A stretch of DNA of 64,000 nt from Candidatus Marinacidobacterium sp. (GTDB taxonomy: Bacteria; Acidobacteriota; Vicinamibacteria; Marinacidobacterales; Marinacidobacteraceae). Each line of letters starts with the position of its first letter. The first letter of the stretch is position 1. Both the position numbers and the translations under genes were made by a program. Location of the stretch: positions 2,779,472 through 2,843,471 of the forward strand of contig OZ244852.1 of the NCBI GenBank assembly GCA_965220965.1, written 5' to 3'. Shown here piece by piece: positions 49,380-61,360 of the stretch. The notes beneath the pieces were generated by a model. That model did no database searches and had not been told where the DNA came from. It was given only the letters and a program-made list of their open reading frames with translations.

Positions 49380-50573
49380 GTCCCTCGTCGAGCGCGAACT
49401 CTCGTCGACCGGATGCTCCGCCTGGAGGCCGCTGTTGGTCTGCTTGGGCCGCGCCAGGCGGGGAAGACGACGCTCGCGCTCGCGATCGCAGCCTCCCGGG
49501 ACGCCGTCTACCTGGACCTCGAGCGGCGCGAGGACCGCGCCGCCCTCGCCGACCCGGCGCGGTTCTTGGCCTCGCAGGAGGACCGGCTGGTCATCCTCGA
49601 TGAAGTGGGCCACGTTCCCGAGCTCTTTGGGGAGCTCCGGGGCCTGATCGACGACGGCCGCCGCCGCGACCGTGGCCTGAGCCGCTTTCTCATCCTCGGA
49701 TCGGCCGCCGTTCCTCTCCTGCGCCAGTCGGAGAGTCTCGCCGGCCGCATCGGCTGGGTGGAGCTTGGACCCCTCGACGTTCTCGAGGTCGACGACGCGG
49801 AACCGGTGGAGCGGCTCTGGGTTCGAGGGGGCCTGCCGCGCAGCTACCTCGCCGAGACCGACGCCGACAGCCTCACGATCCGGACGAACCTGATCGGAAC
49901 GGTGCTGGGGCGCGACCTCCCGCACTTCGCCCCACGCCTCCCCATCGAGACCGTGGACCGGCTATGGGCGATGCTGGCCCATGGCCAGGGAACGCAGCTC
50001 AACCTCTCGCAATTGGCTGGAAGCCTTGGCGTGAGCACTCCCACCGTTGGCCGGTACGTGGATCTGCTCGTGGACCTTCTCCTCGTGCGTCGCCTTCCGC
50101 CCTGTCTCCCGAACCTCCGGAAGCGTCTCGTCAGGTCTCCCCGGCTCTACCTGCGGGATCCGGGGCTGCTCCACGCGCTGCTCGGCATCGGGGACCTGAA
50201 CGCCCTCCTTCGCCACCCCGTCGTCGGCGCAAGCTGGGAGGGCTTCGTGATCGAGACCCTCCTCGCCGCCGCTCCGCCGCGCACCCAGGCGTCCTTCTAC
50301 CGGACGGCGCGCGGCGCCGAAGTTGATCTGGTCCTCCACCTGCCCGGGCGCGCCACCCCCTGGGTGGTCGAGGTCCGCCACGGCGCGGCGCCGAAGCTCA
50401 CCCGCGGATTCCACTCCGCGTGTCACGATCTGGCGCCGGAGCGGGCGTTCGTGGTCCACGCGGGGTCCCGTCGCTTTCCGCTCCCAGGTGGCGCCGAGGC
50501 GATCCCCCTCCGGGCGATGGCGCGCCTGCTCGCTGGGAGCGCGGCCCCCGCCGGCGAGGCTCTCAAGGGTTGA
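49377..50573 (+). CDS. AAA+ ATPase of the COG1373 / DUF4143 family
   Basis: It has Walker A LLGPRQAGKTTLA and Walker B …LVILDEVGHVPELF. The C-terminal DUF4143-like region is rich in conserved Arg/Asp. Confidence 0.8.
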   Translation: MVPRRARTLVDRMLRLEAAVGLLGPRQAGKTTLALAIAASRDAVYLDLERREDRAALADPARFLASQEDRLVILDEVGHVPELFGELRGLIDDGRRRDRGLSRFLILGSAAVPLLRQSESLAGRIGWVELGPLDVLEVDDAEPVERLWVRGGLPRSYLAETDADSLTIRTNLIGTVLGRDLPHFAPRLPIETVDRLWAMLAHGQGTQLNLSQLAGSLGVSTPTVGRYVDLLVDLLLVRRLPPCLPNLRKRLVRSPRLYLRDPGLLHALLGIGDLNALLRHPVVGASWEGFVIETLLAAAPPRTQASFYRTARGAEVDLVLHLPGRATPWVVEVRHGAAPKLTRGFHSACHDLAPERAFVVHAGSRRFPLPGGAEAIPLRAMARLLAGSAAPAGEALKG

Positions 50574-50645
50574 ACGGGGTGTGGCGCGAACCGCCATCAG
50601 TCTCGCCGGGTCTTCTGACGCCGACGCCCCCCTGCGCTCCCTAAG

Positions 50646-51329
50646 TCAACCGCAGAGCGCGTCCAGAATCGGACCGACGACCGACTTTGCGCGACAGGTC
50701 TCCGCGGCGCGCCAGATCTCTGCTGGGCTCGCCTTCCGGTCCCACAGCGCGTCCCGCATCGCTTCGAGCGCCACATCCTTCCCCACGAGCCGACGGAAGC
50801 GAAAGCAGTCCACGACCGTCCGGGCCGGGTTTGTGATCCAGGCGGGCGCGCCCTCGAACTCGATGCGCTCGACGCCATAGCGGAGCGACGCCCCGGAGAA
50901 GCGGATGACCCGTACGGGAAGCTCGGGGATCCGGGGCGCGCGGGCCTTGTGCGGGATCGCGATCCACACGCGTCGCGGGAGCTGGGTCCCAAGCTCGTGA
51001 ACGCTCAGCGCGGTCAGCAGGCAGACGATGCCGCTCGGGACGCGCGCGCAGACCGCCGCTTCGGTGTGGTGCTCAGTCACCTCCGCGTCACGCCAGCGAT
51101 ACAGCCCTCTCGCCACCCGCTCAACCGAGCCGTCTTCCCTGAGTCGCCGGAGAGTGCGCGCACTCATGCCGGCGGCGAACGCGTCCCTACGCCGGAAGAA
51201 GGCGGCTCGGCGCAGGTTCGGTTCCGGTTGCTGTGGACGTTCGGAAACGTCGGCAACAAGAGCTGGGCGCCGACTTTTTGGGCGGAGTTCCCGGTCGACC
51301 TCGCGTTGCTCCGGCGACGGGACGGGCAC
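50646..51329 (-). CDS. AbiEi-family (type IV toxin-antitoxin antitoxin / transcriptional regulator) domain protein, without an adjacent AbiEii
   Basis: …AAFFRRRDAFAAGMSARTLRRLREDGSVERVARGLYRW… matches the AbiEi_4 N-terminal wHTH. The C-terminal domain is conserved. The start was trimmed to an in-frame GTG, which is uncertain; the ORF extends to 51476 but that stretch is Pro/Arg-rich. Confidence 0.68.
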   Translation of the reverse strand: MPVPSPEQREVDRELRPKSRRPALVADVSERPQQPEPNLRRAAFFRRRDAFAAGMSARTLRRLREDGSVERVARGLYRWRDAEVTEHHTEAAVCARVPSGIVCLLTALSVHELGTQLPRRVWIAIPHKARAPRIPELPVRVIRFSGASLRYGVERIEFEGAPAWITNPARTVVDCFRFRRLVGKDVALEAMRDALWDRKASPAEIWRAAETCRAKSVVGPILDALCG

Positions 51330-51728
51330 GGGACTCACGGTGGGGCGCCAGCCGGTGAACGGAGCCAGCGAGAGCCAGCCGAGTGGCTCGGCGCGGTTCG
51401 GAGGAAATTGCTCTCTCCCGCTGCGGTCGGACCGAACGGCGCCGCGAACGGTGACGCGAATCGCTACGCGCCGCAAACGGGATGGTGGCGCGCCCGCAGG
51501 GCCGTGGCCCTCGCGTGACCCTCCGCCTGGAACGGCCGCTCACGAAGTCGAATCACGTTCAGCCCGGGGGCGTCGCGGAGGAGCCCCGCTTCCTGGGAGG
51601 TGGCGCGGGCGGTGGCTTCGGCTTCCGAATGCGACCTGGATGGGGCGTCACCGCCCTCCCCGGTCGCTCGCGGCCCTGTCGACCCGGCGGAGGCACTGGT
51701 TCCCTTGCCACGGTAACTCCCTTACTCC

Positions 51729-52229
51729 TCAGGCAGGCTTCGGGCCTTCTGTGACGTCGGTCGCTGGGTCCGAAGCTCTTCGCAGCCACCCGATGATCTC
51801 GTCGCGCCCCTGGTCCAGGGGTCTCGACGTGGCGCTCTCGCCTCCAGCATGGTCTGCGCACCACGAGGCCGCTCCGGTCGGTTCGAATTCGACTTCGATA
51901 TCCACGCCGCGTCGCTGCCACTCGAGTTGCACGCCACCCGGCGCCGTCGGTACGACGGCTGGCGCGGCCAGGTTCGGGACCAGGGCGACCATCGAAACCA
52001 GGAAGGCGATGGCCTCCTCGATGGCCTCCTCTTTGGGAGTCGCTGCGTTGTAGGAGTTCCAGCCCTTCGGAAGACCCTTCAGCCGTACGGCTGAACGAAT
52101 GGAGTCCAGAATCGGGACCGGCAGGTTGAGGCGACCGACACGGATTCGCGCTTCCGCATCCGGGCGCAACGAAGTATCCGCAGCGTTGTGCGGACGCCGG
52201 CCCCCCGGTTCTTCGGTCACCGCGCCCAC
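51729..52229 (-). CDS. Hypothetical protein
   Basis: 166 aa with non-repetitive, balanced composition (…LPKGWNSYNAATPKEEAIEEAIAFLVSMVAL…). No family was recognised. Confidence 0.45.
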   Translation of the reverse strand: MGAVTEEPGGRRPHNAADTSLRPDAEARIRVGRLNLPVPILDSIRSAVRLKGLPKGWNSYNAATPKEEAIEEAIAFLVSMVALVPNLAAPAVVPTAPGGVQLEWQRRGVDIEVEFEPTGAASWCADHAGGESATSRPLDQGRDEIIGWLRRASDPATDVTEGPKPA

Positions 52230-52340
52230 GATATCGCTCGGGCGCCATTCACGGCGTTCCGTTACGCCGCCTGTTCAAGGTTGCGCAACGTGAGCCCCGC
52301 AGGCCGGGGCTCGTGGTGAGCCCCGGCCCGGGGTTGTGGG

Positions 52341-55271
52341 TCAGAAGGAGTAGCGCAGGGCCAGCTCGAACTGACGCGAGGGGGCGTTGATGTTCGGGGT
52401 CAGCGAGGTGTCGTTGTTCCCGAAGCTCAGCGACCGCAGGTTGCCGTTCGCGTTGCCGAAGTTGGCGCGGTCGAAGAGGTTCAGCACCTGGAACACCGCT
52501 TCGATGCCGTGCGTCCCGCCCACATAGAAGTTCCGCGAAGCGCGGAAGTCCACGTTCAGGAAGTTGGAGCAGGCGAAGTCCTGGACAGCAGACCGATCGA
52601 CGGTCGACCGGTAGGCGTTCGCGAGGCCGAGGTCCAGATTCCGGCAGCCGTAGGTGTTCGCCGCGCTGAATCCGGGCGCCAGGTCGCCGTTGTAGCCGTC
52701 GCCGTTGAGGTTCGTGCCCGAGGTCACGAGCACCGGCAGCGGCGAGCGGTAGTCGAAGATCGCGGAGATCCGGATGTCGCCCGGCAGCACCGCGATGGCG
52801 CTGCTCACCAGCCGGTGGCGGCGGTCGGTGTCCCCCGGACGGGTGATCTGCGTGTAGCCGGGGAAGCGGCTGTCCCAGCCCGAGGACTCCGTGTTCCGCG
52901 TCCAGAACTCGTGGGTCTCGGTCTTCGACAGCGTGTAGCTGACCAGGAACTGCCAGCCGTCGGCGTAGCGCTTCTCGAACTTGGCGTAGAACGCCTGGTA
53001 GTCGTGGTCGAGCAGCGAGTAAGTCGTGTTCACCCGGTTGAACTGGGGCCAGGGGCGGGCGCCGTCGACCGGGTAGTTGATGTTCACGTTCCGCATCGCG
53101 TCGGCGCGGGTCGCGACCCGGGTCAGGTCGAGCGAGAGCGCCATGTCATCCCGCAACTGGTGCGCGAGGCCCAGGTTGAAGTGGTGCGCGTAAGGCTGCT
53201 CGTAGTCGTTGTCGAGGAGCGTGATGTTCGGGGGAGCGCCCGAGACGTACTCCTCTCTCGACCTGCCGCCCAGCGGATCGAGGAAGTCCGGGTTGTTGAT
53301 GATGATCGTCTGGGCCTGGTGCCACCAGCGCTCGCCGAAGTTGGTCAGCGTGCGGATGTTCTCGAAGAACTTGCCGTAGCCGCCCTTGACCGTCGTGCGG
53401 CCGGTGTTGTCGCCCGAGAGGTCATAGACGAACCCGATGCGGGGTCCCCAGTTGTCCGTATCGCCCCGCGAGCCGGCGCCGTCGTGCCACGGGACGGCCA
53501 GGGGGAACTGGATGTCCCGGATGTCCTCGTTGAAGGTGCCGACCTGGAGGTCGTAGCGGAGGCCGAGGTTCAACGTGAGGCGATCGCTCGACCAGTCGTC
53601 CTGGACGTACGCCGAGTAGTGGTAGACCGGCACGTCGTCGAACCGGGGGTTGCTCTGGGTGTACTGGATCGGATGGGTGTCCGGGTCGTTCGGGTCGAAG
53701 GGAGCGTTCGTGTCGAAGGTGAACGTCCCGGAGTAGTTGTTCAGGATGTCCGCCTTGAACTCGATGTAGTTGACGTCCACGCCGAACTTGACCTGGTTGT
53801 CGCCGCCGAGTCCCTGGGTGAACCAGGTGAAGTCGTCCTTGAACTGCCAGCGGGTCTCGGGGCCCATCTGGTCGTTGCAGGAGCCGGTGCGCAGGTCGGG
53901 TCGACGAATCGCCTGGTCGCAGAGCGCGAGGCGCTCCGGGCTGAAGTCGCCGGCGTCATAGGACCCCGCGCTGAACGCCGGGCTCACCTCGTACTTGGAG
54001 AATGCCCGCTGGAAGCGGAACTCGTTCAGCGAGTTGGCGCCGGTCACCGAGGTTACGCCGAAGACTTCGGCGTTCCGCGGCACTGCGAAGTCGAACCCCT
54101 CGGTCGTGATCCCGGAGGCGTTCAGGTTGGGCCGGTACTCGTTCTCCCAGGCGACTCGCAGCCAGACCTGGTGGTCGTCGTTCAACTGGTGGGTCATCCG
54201 GGCGAGCCACATGTAGCGCCACTCGTCCTTGGGGAAGGTCCCCTCGAACTCGGGGAAGGCGCCGTTCGTGTCGATGTCGTAGAACAGCTCCTCGTCGGTC
54301 CGCTCGTAGGCGAAGAAGAAATGGGTCCGGTCCTCCACGATCGGCCCGCCGAACGAACCGCCCAACTGGTGGCGCCGGTACTCCGGCTTCTCGAAGCTGG
54401 CGTTGTTCGCGGCGAATTCCTTCTGCTGGTAGGTCAGTTCGGTCAGCGCCTTGTCGCGGAAGAACCAGAACGCGCTCCCGGAGAAGTCGTTCGTGCCCGA
54501 CTTGGTGACGACCGTCATCAGCCCGCCGGTGGCGAGCCCGTACTCCGCCTTGAAGTTGCTCGTCGTGACCTGGAACTCGCCGATGGCGTCCATCGGGAAG
54601 TTCTGGCGCGCCTCGCCCATTTCGGCCCAGGTGTTGTTCACCCCGTCCACGATGAAGGCGTTCGCGTAGTAGCGGCCTCCGGCCCCCATGTTCACGTTGC
54701 CCCGGTAGTAGAAGCCGCGGATCGCGTCCTGGCTCGTGCCGGGGGTGAGGAGGGCGAGGTCCACCCAGCGGCGCGAGGCCACCGGGAGGTCCTGGATCTG
54801 GAGATCCGAGACCGAGGTCGAGATGTCCGAGCGTCGGGTGTCGAGCAGGGGGGCGGCGCCGGTGACGGTCACCGTCTCCTCGACCTGCGCAAGCGCGAGC
54901 TCCTGGTTCAGGATGATCGTCTGCTGGATCGTCAGGATGACGCCGGTGGTCTCAACCGTCTGGAACCCGCTGAGCTCCGCGCGCACCGTGTAGGGGCCCG
55001 GGACCAGCGCCGGCAGGCGGTAGTTCCCGGCGGAGTCGCTGACCGCGGAGCGGGAGACGCCGGTGTCCTCATTTGTTGCGGTCACCGTCGCGCCGGGAAG
55101 GACGGCGCCGGTGGCGTCGGCGACCGCGCCCTCGATCTGCCCGTACTGGGCGAAGGCGGGGGTGGCGAGGAGGAGAAGGGCGGCCGCCAGCGCGACCGCC
55201 CCCCGACAGGCCGGACCGGCCGGATTCCTGCAGGTCCGCTGCTGCTGGCTGGGGTTCGGCTGTCTGGCCAT
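52341..55271 (-). CDS. TonB-dependent receptor (SusC/RagA-like size, with N-terminal carboxypeptidase-regulatory-like domain)
   Basis: It has a signal peptide (…LLLLATPAFAQ) and a CarbopepD_reg domain (GAVADATGAVLPGATVTATNEDTGVSRSAVSDSAGNYRLPALVPGPYTV). The plug and 22-strand barrel signatures are present, and the C-terminus ends …LRYSF. Confidence 0.85.
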   Translation of the reverse strand: MARQPNPSQQQRTCRNPAGPACRGAVALAAALLLLATPAFAQYGQIEGAVADATGAVLPGATVTATNEDTGVSRSAVSDSAGNYRLPALVPGPYTVRAELSGFQTVETTGVILTIQQTIILNQELALAQVEETVTVTGAAPLLDTRRSDISTSVSDLQIQDLPVASRRWVDLALLTPGTSQDAIRGFYYRGNVNMGAGGRYYANAFIVDGVNNTWAEMGEARQNFPMDAIGEFQVTTSNFKAEYGLATGGLMTVVTKSGTNDFSGSAFWFFRDKALTELTYQQKEFAANNASFEKPEYRRHQLGGSFGGPIVEDRTHFFFAYERTDEELFYDIDTNGAFPEFEGTFPKDEWRYMWLARMTHQLNDDHQVWLRVAWENEYRPNLNASGITTEGFDFAVPRNAEVFGVTSVTGANSLNEFRFQRAFSKYEVSPAFSAGSYDAGDFSPERLALCDQAIRRPDLRTGSCNDQMGPETRWQFKDDFTWFTQGLGGDNQVKFGVDVNYIEFKADILNNYSGTFTFDTNAPFDPNDPDTHPIQYTQSNPRFDDVPVYHYSAYVQDDWSSDRLTLNLGLRYDLQVGTFNEDIRDIQFPLAVPWHDGAGSRGDTDNWGPRIGFVYDLSGDNTGRTTVKGGYGKFFENIRTLTNFGERWWHQAQTIIINNPDFLDPLGGRSREEYVSGAPPNITLLDNDYEQPYAHHFNLGLAHQLRDDMALSLDLTRVATRADAMRNVNINYPVDGARPWPQFNRVNTTYSLLDHDYQAFYAKFEKRYADGWQFLVSYTLSKTETHEFWTRNTESSGWDSRFPGYTQITRPGDTDRRHRLVSSAIAVLPGDIRISAIFDYRSPLPVLVTSGTNLNGDGYNGDLAPGFSAANTYGCRNLDLGLANAYRSTVDRSAVQDFACSNFLNVDFRASRNFYVGGTHGIEAVFQVLNLFDRANFGNANGNLRSLSFGNNDTSLTPNINAPSRQFELALRYSF

Positions 55272-55346
55272 GGGTCGGTCTCCTCGGGAGGGACTCCGGG
55301 GTTGGCCCGACCGTCGGCCGGACCGGTTGACGGATGCCGTGGACGG

Positions 55347-55850
55347 TTATTCCACGGTGAAACTGGCGCTCATGGTGGTCTCGCCCCACTGGAAGTGGAG
55401 CTCACCTCCGCTCCCGTCGCCGCTGACGGTGGCGGTGAACATCTCGGCGGACGGGCCGCTTCCGAGCGTCATCGGGATCTCGGCGACGTCATTGGCGGCG
55501 TCCCGCTCCGTGCCCCACTGTCCCGTCTGCGAGTTCACGAGAAGCGTCCAGCCGTCGGCGGTCTTCTCGGCGAACAGGCTGTAGGACCCGGCGGCGACGC
55601 TGACTCCGCTGAAGTCGAGGTCGGCGCTCGTCGTCAGGGTCGTGGAGGTGTCGGCTCCGAGCCGCCAGACGGTTCCTTCTCCGGCCATCCCCAGCATGTC
55701 CCGACCCTGCAGGCTGGGACGCCCGTACTCGATGGAGATGTCGGCGCCGCCGACGGTGGCCTCCGCCGTGCCCCGGGGGTTGGCGTGCTGCGCGAACGCG
55801 AACGATGCCGCGAGCGCGGCGGCGAGGACGAGAGTTGCCGTGGACTTCAT
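55347..55850 (-). CDS. DUF2911 domain protein (secreted)
   Basis: The start was trimmed to MKSTATLVLAAALAASFAFAQ (a signal peptide) after an RBS ggagg. The core …IEYGRPSLQGRDMLG…GTVWRLGADTSTTL…SYSLFAEK… matches the DUF2911 pattern. Confidence 0.75.
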   Translation of the reverse strand: MKSTATLVLAAALAASFAFAQHANPRGTAEATVGGADISIEYGRPSLQGRDMLGMAGEGTVWRLGADTSTTLTTSADLDFSGVSVAAGSYSLFAEKTADGWTLLVNSQTGQWGTERDAANDVAEIPMTLGSGPSAEMFTATVSGDGSGGELHFQWGETTMSASFTVE

Positions 55851-55911
55851 GAAGGACCTCCAGGTCACTTGCGGGAAATGGGCGCCGGCACCCCCTGAAG
55901 GGTCCGGGACG

Positions 55912-56475
55912 TCAGGCCGTCGAGCCGACAGGCTCGGCGGCGGGGGAAGAACGGGGGGCGCGCCGGCGGATCCCGATGACCCGGCCCCGCTCCGGCGGGT
56001 CGGGCATCCCCGTCTGGCGCCGGGTGATCTCTTCGAGGAGCGCCCGGTAGTCGGGCGGGATCGGCGCCGAGCGCCGGGTGCGCATGTCCACGTGGATCCC
56101 GATGTGCTCGCAGGTCGCGGCGAGCACCGGACCGGTCCCCGAACCCGATTCCGGTTCGGCGAACAGGCGCAGGAAGGCGTGGATCAGCTTGTCGCTGAAA
56201 TCGAGGAGCTGCCAGGTCACGAAGAACGGCCGCCCCGGATGCAGCTCGTGCTGGTAGGTCACGTGATCCTCCAGCGCGAAGCTCGAGCGGTCCTCCTCGT
56301 CCCATAACCCGATGCCGGCGAGCATCGTCTGCGTCGCCTGATCGAAAGCCTTCCGATAGTACACGACGTTCATGTGCCCGTTGAGGTCGGTCCAGTCGCG
56401 CGAAACCACCCCGTCGTAGATGCGGAAACCGCGTTCCGGATCGAAGCTCAGGTCGGGTGGAAGGCGGAAGGACAA
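55912..56475 (-). CDS. Hotdog-fold acyl-CoA thioesterase (4-hydroxybenzoyl-CoA thioesterase-like)
   Basis: …RDWTDLNGHMNVVYYRKAFDQAT… gives a catalytic Asp/His region typical of 4HBT-like thioesterases. Confidence 0.72.
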   Translation of the reverse strand: MSFRLPPDLSFDPERGFRIYDGVVSRDWTDLNGHMNVVYYRKAFDQATQTMLAGIGLWDEEDRSSFALEDHVTYQHELHPGRPFFVTWQLLDFSDKLIHAFLRLFAEPESGSGTGPVLAATCEHIGIHVDMRTRRSAPIPPDYRALLEEITRRQTGMPDPPERGRVIGIRRRAPRSSPAAEPVGSTA

Positions 56476-56560
56476 GGGACTCCCGGAAGCCTATCCGCGC
56501 CGCCTCCGGAGGGCGGGCGTACCCTTGTCCGCCGCGTCCAGCGGCGCGAGGAGGTCTGCG

Positions 56561-58735
<2,175 letters not shown>

Positions 58736-58754
58736 GCCGCGCGACCTGAGCTGA

Positions 58755-60380
58755 CTACCCGAGCGTCGCCTCGAAGGACGGCGCCCGGCGGTGCTGCGTC
58801 GCCTGCTCGAAGGCGTAGGCGATGCGGATCAGCGTCGGCTCGCTCCAGGCGCGGCCGAAGAAGGAGACCCCCACCGGCAGCCCCGAGACGAACCCCATCG
58901 GGACGCTGATGTCCGGGTACCCGGCGATCGCGGCCGGCCCGGCGCTGCTGCCGCCGTCCAGCCGGTCGCCCTTGATGTGGTCGGTGATCCAGGGAAGGTC
59001 CCGGGTGGGCGCCACGATGGCGTCGAGCTCGTGCTCGTCCATCAGCGCGTCGATGCCGTCCTCGCGGTTGCCGCGCTGGATCGTGCGGACCGCATCCAGA
59101 TAGGCCTGGTCGGTGAGCGGGCCGCGCGCCTGCGCCGCGATCATCCGCTGCTGGCCGAAGTGCGGCATCTCCAGCTCCGCGTTCTCCTCGTTGAAGGCGA
59201 TGATCTCCTCGAGCGTGCGCACCGGCGCGGCGTCCCCGAGCGTCGCGAGGTAGGCGTTCAGGTCCGCCTTGAACTCGTACTCGAGGACGAGCAGCGGCAG
59301 CTCGTCGTTCCACGCCGACTGGGCGAGGTTCGCGGGGTCCACGACGACCGCGCCCGCGTCCCGCATGGCGAGAATCGCGTCCTCGAAGAGCGCGGTGATC
59401 CGCGGATCGAACCCGGTGAAGCTGCGCGCCACGCCGATGCGCGCTCCCTCGAGGCCGGCCGGATCGAGGAACTGCGCATAGTCGGAATGGAAGTTCCCGT
59501 CGCTGCGCGCCGTCGCTTCGTCGCGGGGATCCACCCCCACCGCGCCCCCGAGCAAGATCGCGGCGTCGGCGACCGTGCGGGTCATCGGCCCGGCGGTGTC
59601 CTGCGAGTGCGAGATCGGGATGATCCCGGAGCGGCTCCAGAGCCCGACGGTGGGCTTGATGCCCACCACGCCGTTGCTGGATGACGGACACATGATCGAA
59701 CCGCCGGTCTCGGTGCCGACGGTGAGCGCGCACAGGTTCGCCGAGGCCGCGACCCCCGACCCCGAACTCGAGCCGCAGGGGTTGCGGTCGAGCGCGTAGG
59801 GGTTCCGGCACTGACCGCCCCGCGCGCTCCAGCCGCTCGTCGCCCGCTCCCCCCGGAAGTAGGCCCACTCGCTCATGTTGAGCTTGCCGAGGAGGATGGC
59901 CCCGGCGGCGCGCAGGCGCTCGGCCACGAAGGAGTCCTGCGGCGGGATCGACCCCTCGAGAGCGAGCGATCCCGCGGTCGTGGTCATGCGGTCGTGGGTG
60001 TCGAGGTTGTCCTTGAGCGCGACCGGGATGCCGTGGAGCGGTCCGCGGACTTCGCCCGCCTGGCGCTCCGCATCGAGCCCGTCGGCGATCTCCAGCGCGT
60101 CCGGGTTGATCTCGATCATCGAGCGCAGTTCCGGTCCCTGCCGGTCCAGCGCCTCGATGCGCGCGAGGTAGGCCTCGGTGATCGAGCGGGCCGAGTGTTC
60201 GCCCGACTCCATCATCCGCTGGAGGTCGGCGACGGTGACCTCATCGAATTCGAAGGGCGGGATCGCCTGCTGCCCGCTTCCCGCCTCCGGCGCCCCGCCC
60301 GGGGTCGGCGCACAGGCGAAGCCGGTGCTCAGGGCGGCGCCGCCGGCCGCCGTCGTCTTCAGAAAGTCTCGTCGGTCCAT
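58755..60380 (-). CDS. Amidase (amidase-signature family), Tat-secreted
   Basis: It has a Tat motif (MDRRDFLKTTAAGGAALS). The AS signature is …GGSSSGSGVAVAASA-like (GSSSGSGVAASANLCALTVGTETGGS), with the catalytic Ser/Lys. Confidence 0.85.
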   Translation of the reverse strand: MDRRDFLKTTAAGGAALSTGFACAPTPGGAPEAGSGQQAIPPFEFDEVTVADLQRMMESGEHSARSITEAYLARIEALDRQGPELRSMIEINPDALEIADGLDAERQAGEVRGPLHGIPVALKDNLDTHDRMTTTAGSLALEGSIPPQDSFVAERLRAAGAILLGKLNMSEWAYFRGERATSGWSARGGQCRNPYALDRNPCGSSSGSGVAASANLCALTVGTETGGSIMCPSSSNGVVGIKPTVGLWSRSGIIPISHSQDTAGPMTRTVADAAILLGGAVGVDPRDEATARSDGNFHSDYAQFLDPAGLEGARIGVARSFTGFDPRITALFEDAILAMRDAGAVVVDPANLAQSAWNDELPLLVLEYEFKADLNAYLATLGDAAPVRTLEEIIAFNEENAELEMPHFGQQRMIAAQARGPLTDQAYLDAVRTIQRGNREDGIDALMDEHELDAIVAPTRDLPWITDHIKGDRLDGGSSAGPAAIAGYPDISVPMGFVSGLPVGVSFFGRAWSEPTLIRIAYAFEQATQHRRAPSFEATLG

Positions 60381-60474
60381 GGATGCTCTCCCGGCTGGCG
60401 AGCATACCGGTCGCCCGGCGCGACCGCGCTGCCGCCCCGGACGCCGGCGCGTAGGTCGCCGCGGACGCGCGCGG

Positions 60475-61356
60475 TCAGGACGCGCGCGCGGTCCAGCCCT
60501 TCTTCGGCTGGTCGAACCAGACGTGGACCTGACCCGTCCCGATCGCGTTCTCGTAGTCGGAGAACTTCCGCCCGGGCGCGGCGCAGGCCGAGCCTCCCAC
60601 CGCCGCCACCGCCATCAGGTAGTGGCCGAAACGGCCCTCGGGCGCGAACCGCGCGTAACGGTCCATCGTCTCGATGACCCGCCGGTGGTCGCCCGCCGCG
60701 AACCAGCGGAGCCGCTCTTCGTCGGCGGCGCGGGCTTCGGCGGTGCGGATGTGTCTGGGGTCCGAGGCTTCCCGTCGCGGGATCTCGGAGAGCGGCCAGA
60801 ACCGGTGGCTCATCCCCCCCGACGCGAGGAGCACGACGCGGCGGCCGGTCGCCGCGACCGCGTTGCCGATCGCCCGGCCCATCGCGAGGAAGTCGGGCGG
60901 TTCTCCGGTCTGGACGCAGCTCACCGAGACGACCCGCTCGCCCTGGTGGAGGTAGTGGAGCAGATTCGTGGTGGGGTAATGGATCGGGAGATAGGGGTCA
61001 TCCGAGGCGTGCGCCGGCTGGCCCTTCTTGCGCGCCGCCGCCGCGGCGGCGTGCGCGAGTTCCGGGTCCCCCGGGAAGTCGTAGGGAAGGCCGCTCATCC
61101 CCCGCGGCAGCTCGTCCGAGGTGTAGCGCCCGCGCCGCCGCTCGTGGGCCGTGAGCAGGTGCTCCACCGTGCTCGCCCAGTGGGTGTCGAAGATGACCAG
61201 CGTCTCCGGCTTCAGGCGGTCCAGCACCTCGGAACGAAGGCGGCGCAGGCCGGGGACCAGGCTGATCTCCTTCCCGGAGTTCAGCGCCTTCCGTTCGGCC
61301 TCCGGCAGCATGATCGTGGGCACATGCGAGACCAGCCCGAATCCGACAACGGCCAC
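60475..61356 (-). CDS. Class III extradiol ring-cleavage dioxygenase (LigB family)
   Basis: The start was trimmed to GTG (VAVVGFGLVSHVPTIMLP…), which abuts the upstream gene stop. …HWASTVEHLL…, …GGMSHRFWP… and …GHYLMAV… are LigB/DODA-like motifs. Confidence 0.72.
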   Translation of the reverse strand: MAVVGFGLVSHVPTIMLPEAERKALNSGKEISLVPGLRRLRSEVLDRLKPETLVIFDTHWASTVEHLLTAHERRRGRYTSDELPRGMSGLPYDFPGDPELAHAAAAAARKKGQPAHASDDPYLPIHYPTTNLLHYLHQGERVVSVSCVQTGEPPDFLAMGRAIGNAVAATGRRVVLLASGGMSHRFWPLSEIPRREASDPRHIRTAEARAADEERLRWFAAGDHRRVIETMDRYARFAPEGRFGHYLMAVAAVGGSACAAPGRKFSDYENAIGTGQVHVWFDQPKKGWTARAS

Positions 61357-61360
61357 GGGG

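Noticed and set aside
52509-55898. 1129-aa plus-strand ORF opposite the TonB-dependent receptor at 52341..55271
   Set aside because: It is low-complexity (V/G/R/A/E-rich) and has no motifs. The receptor on the minus strand has signal, CarbopepD_reg, plug and barrel signatures and a terminal F.
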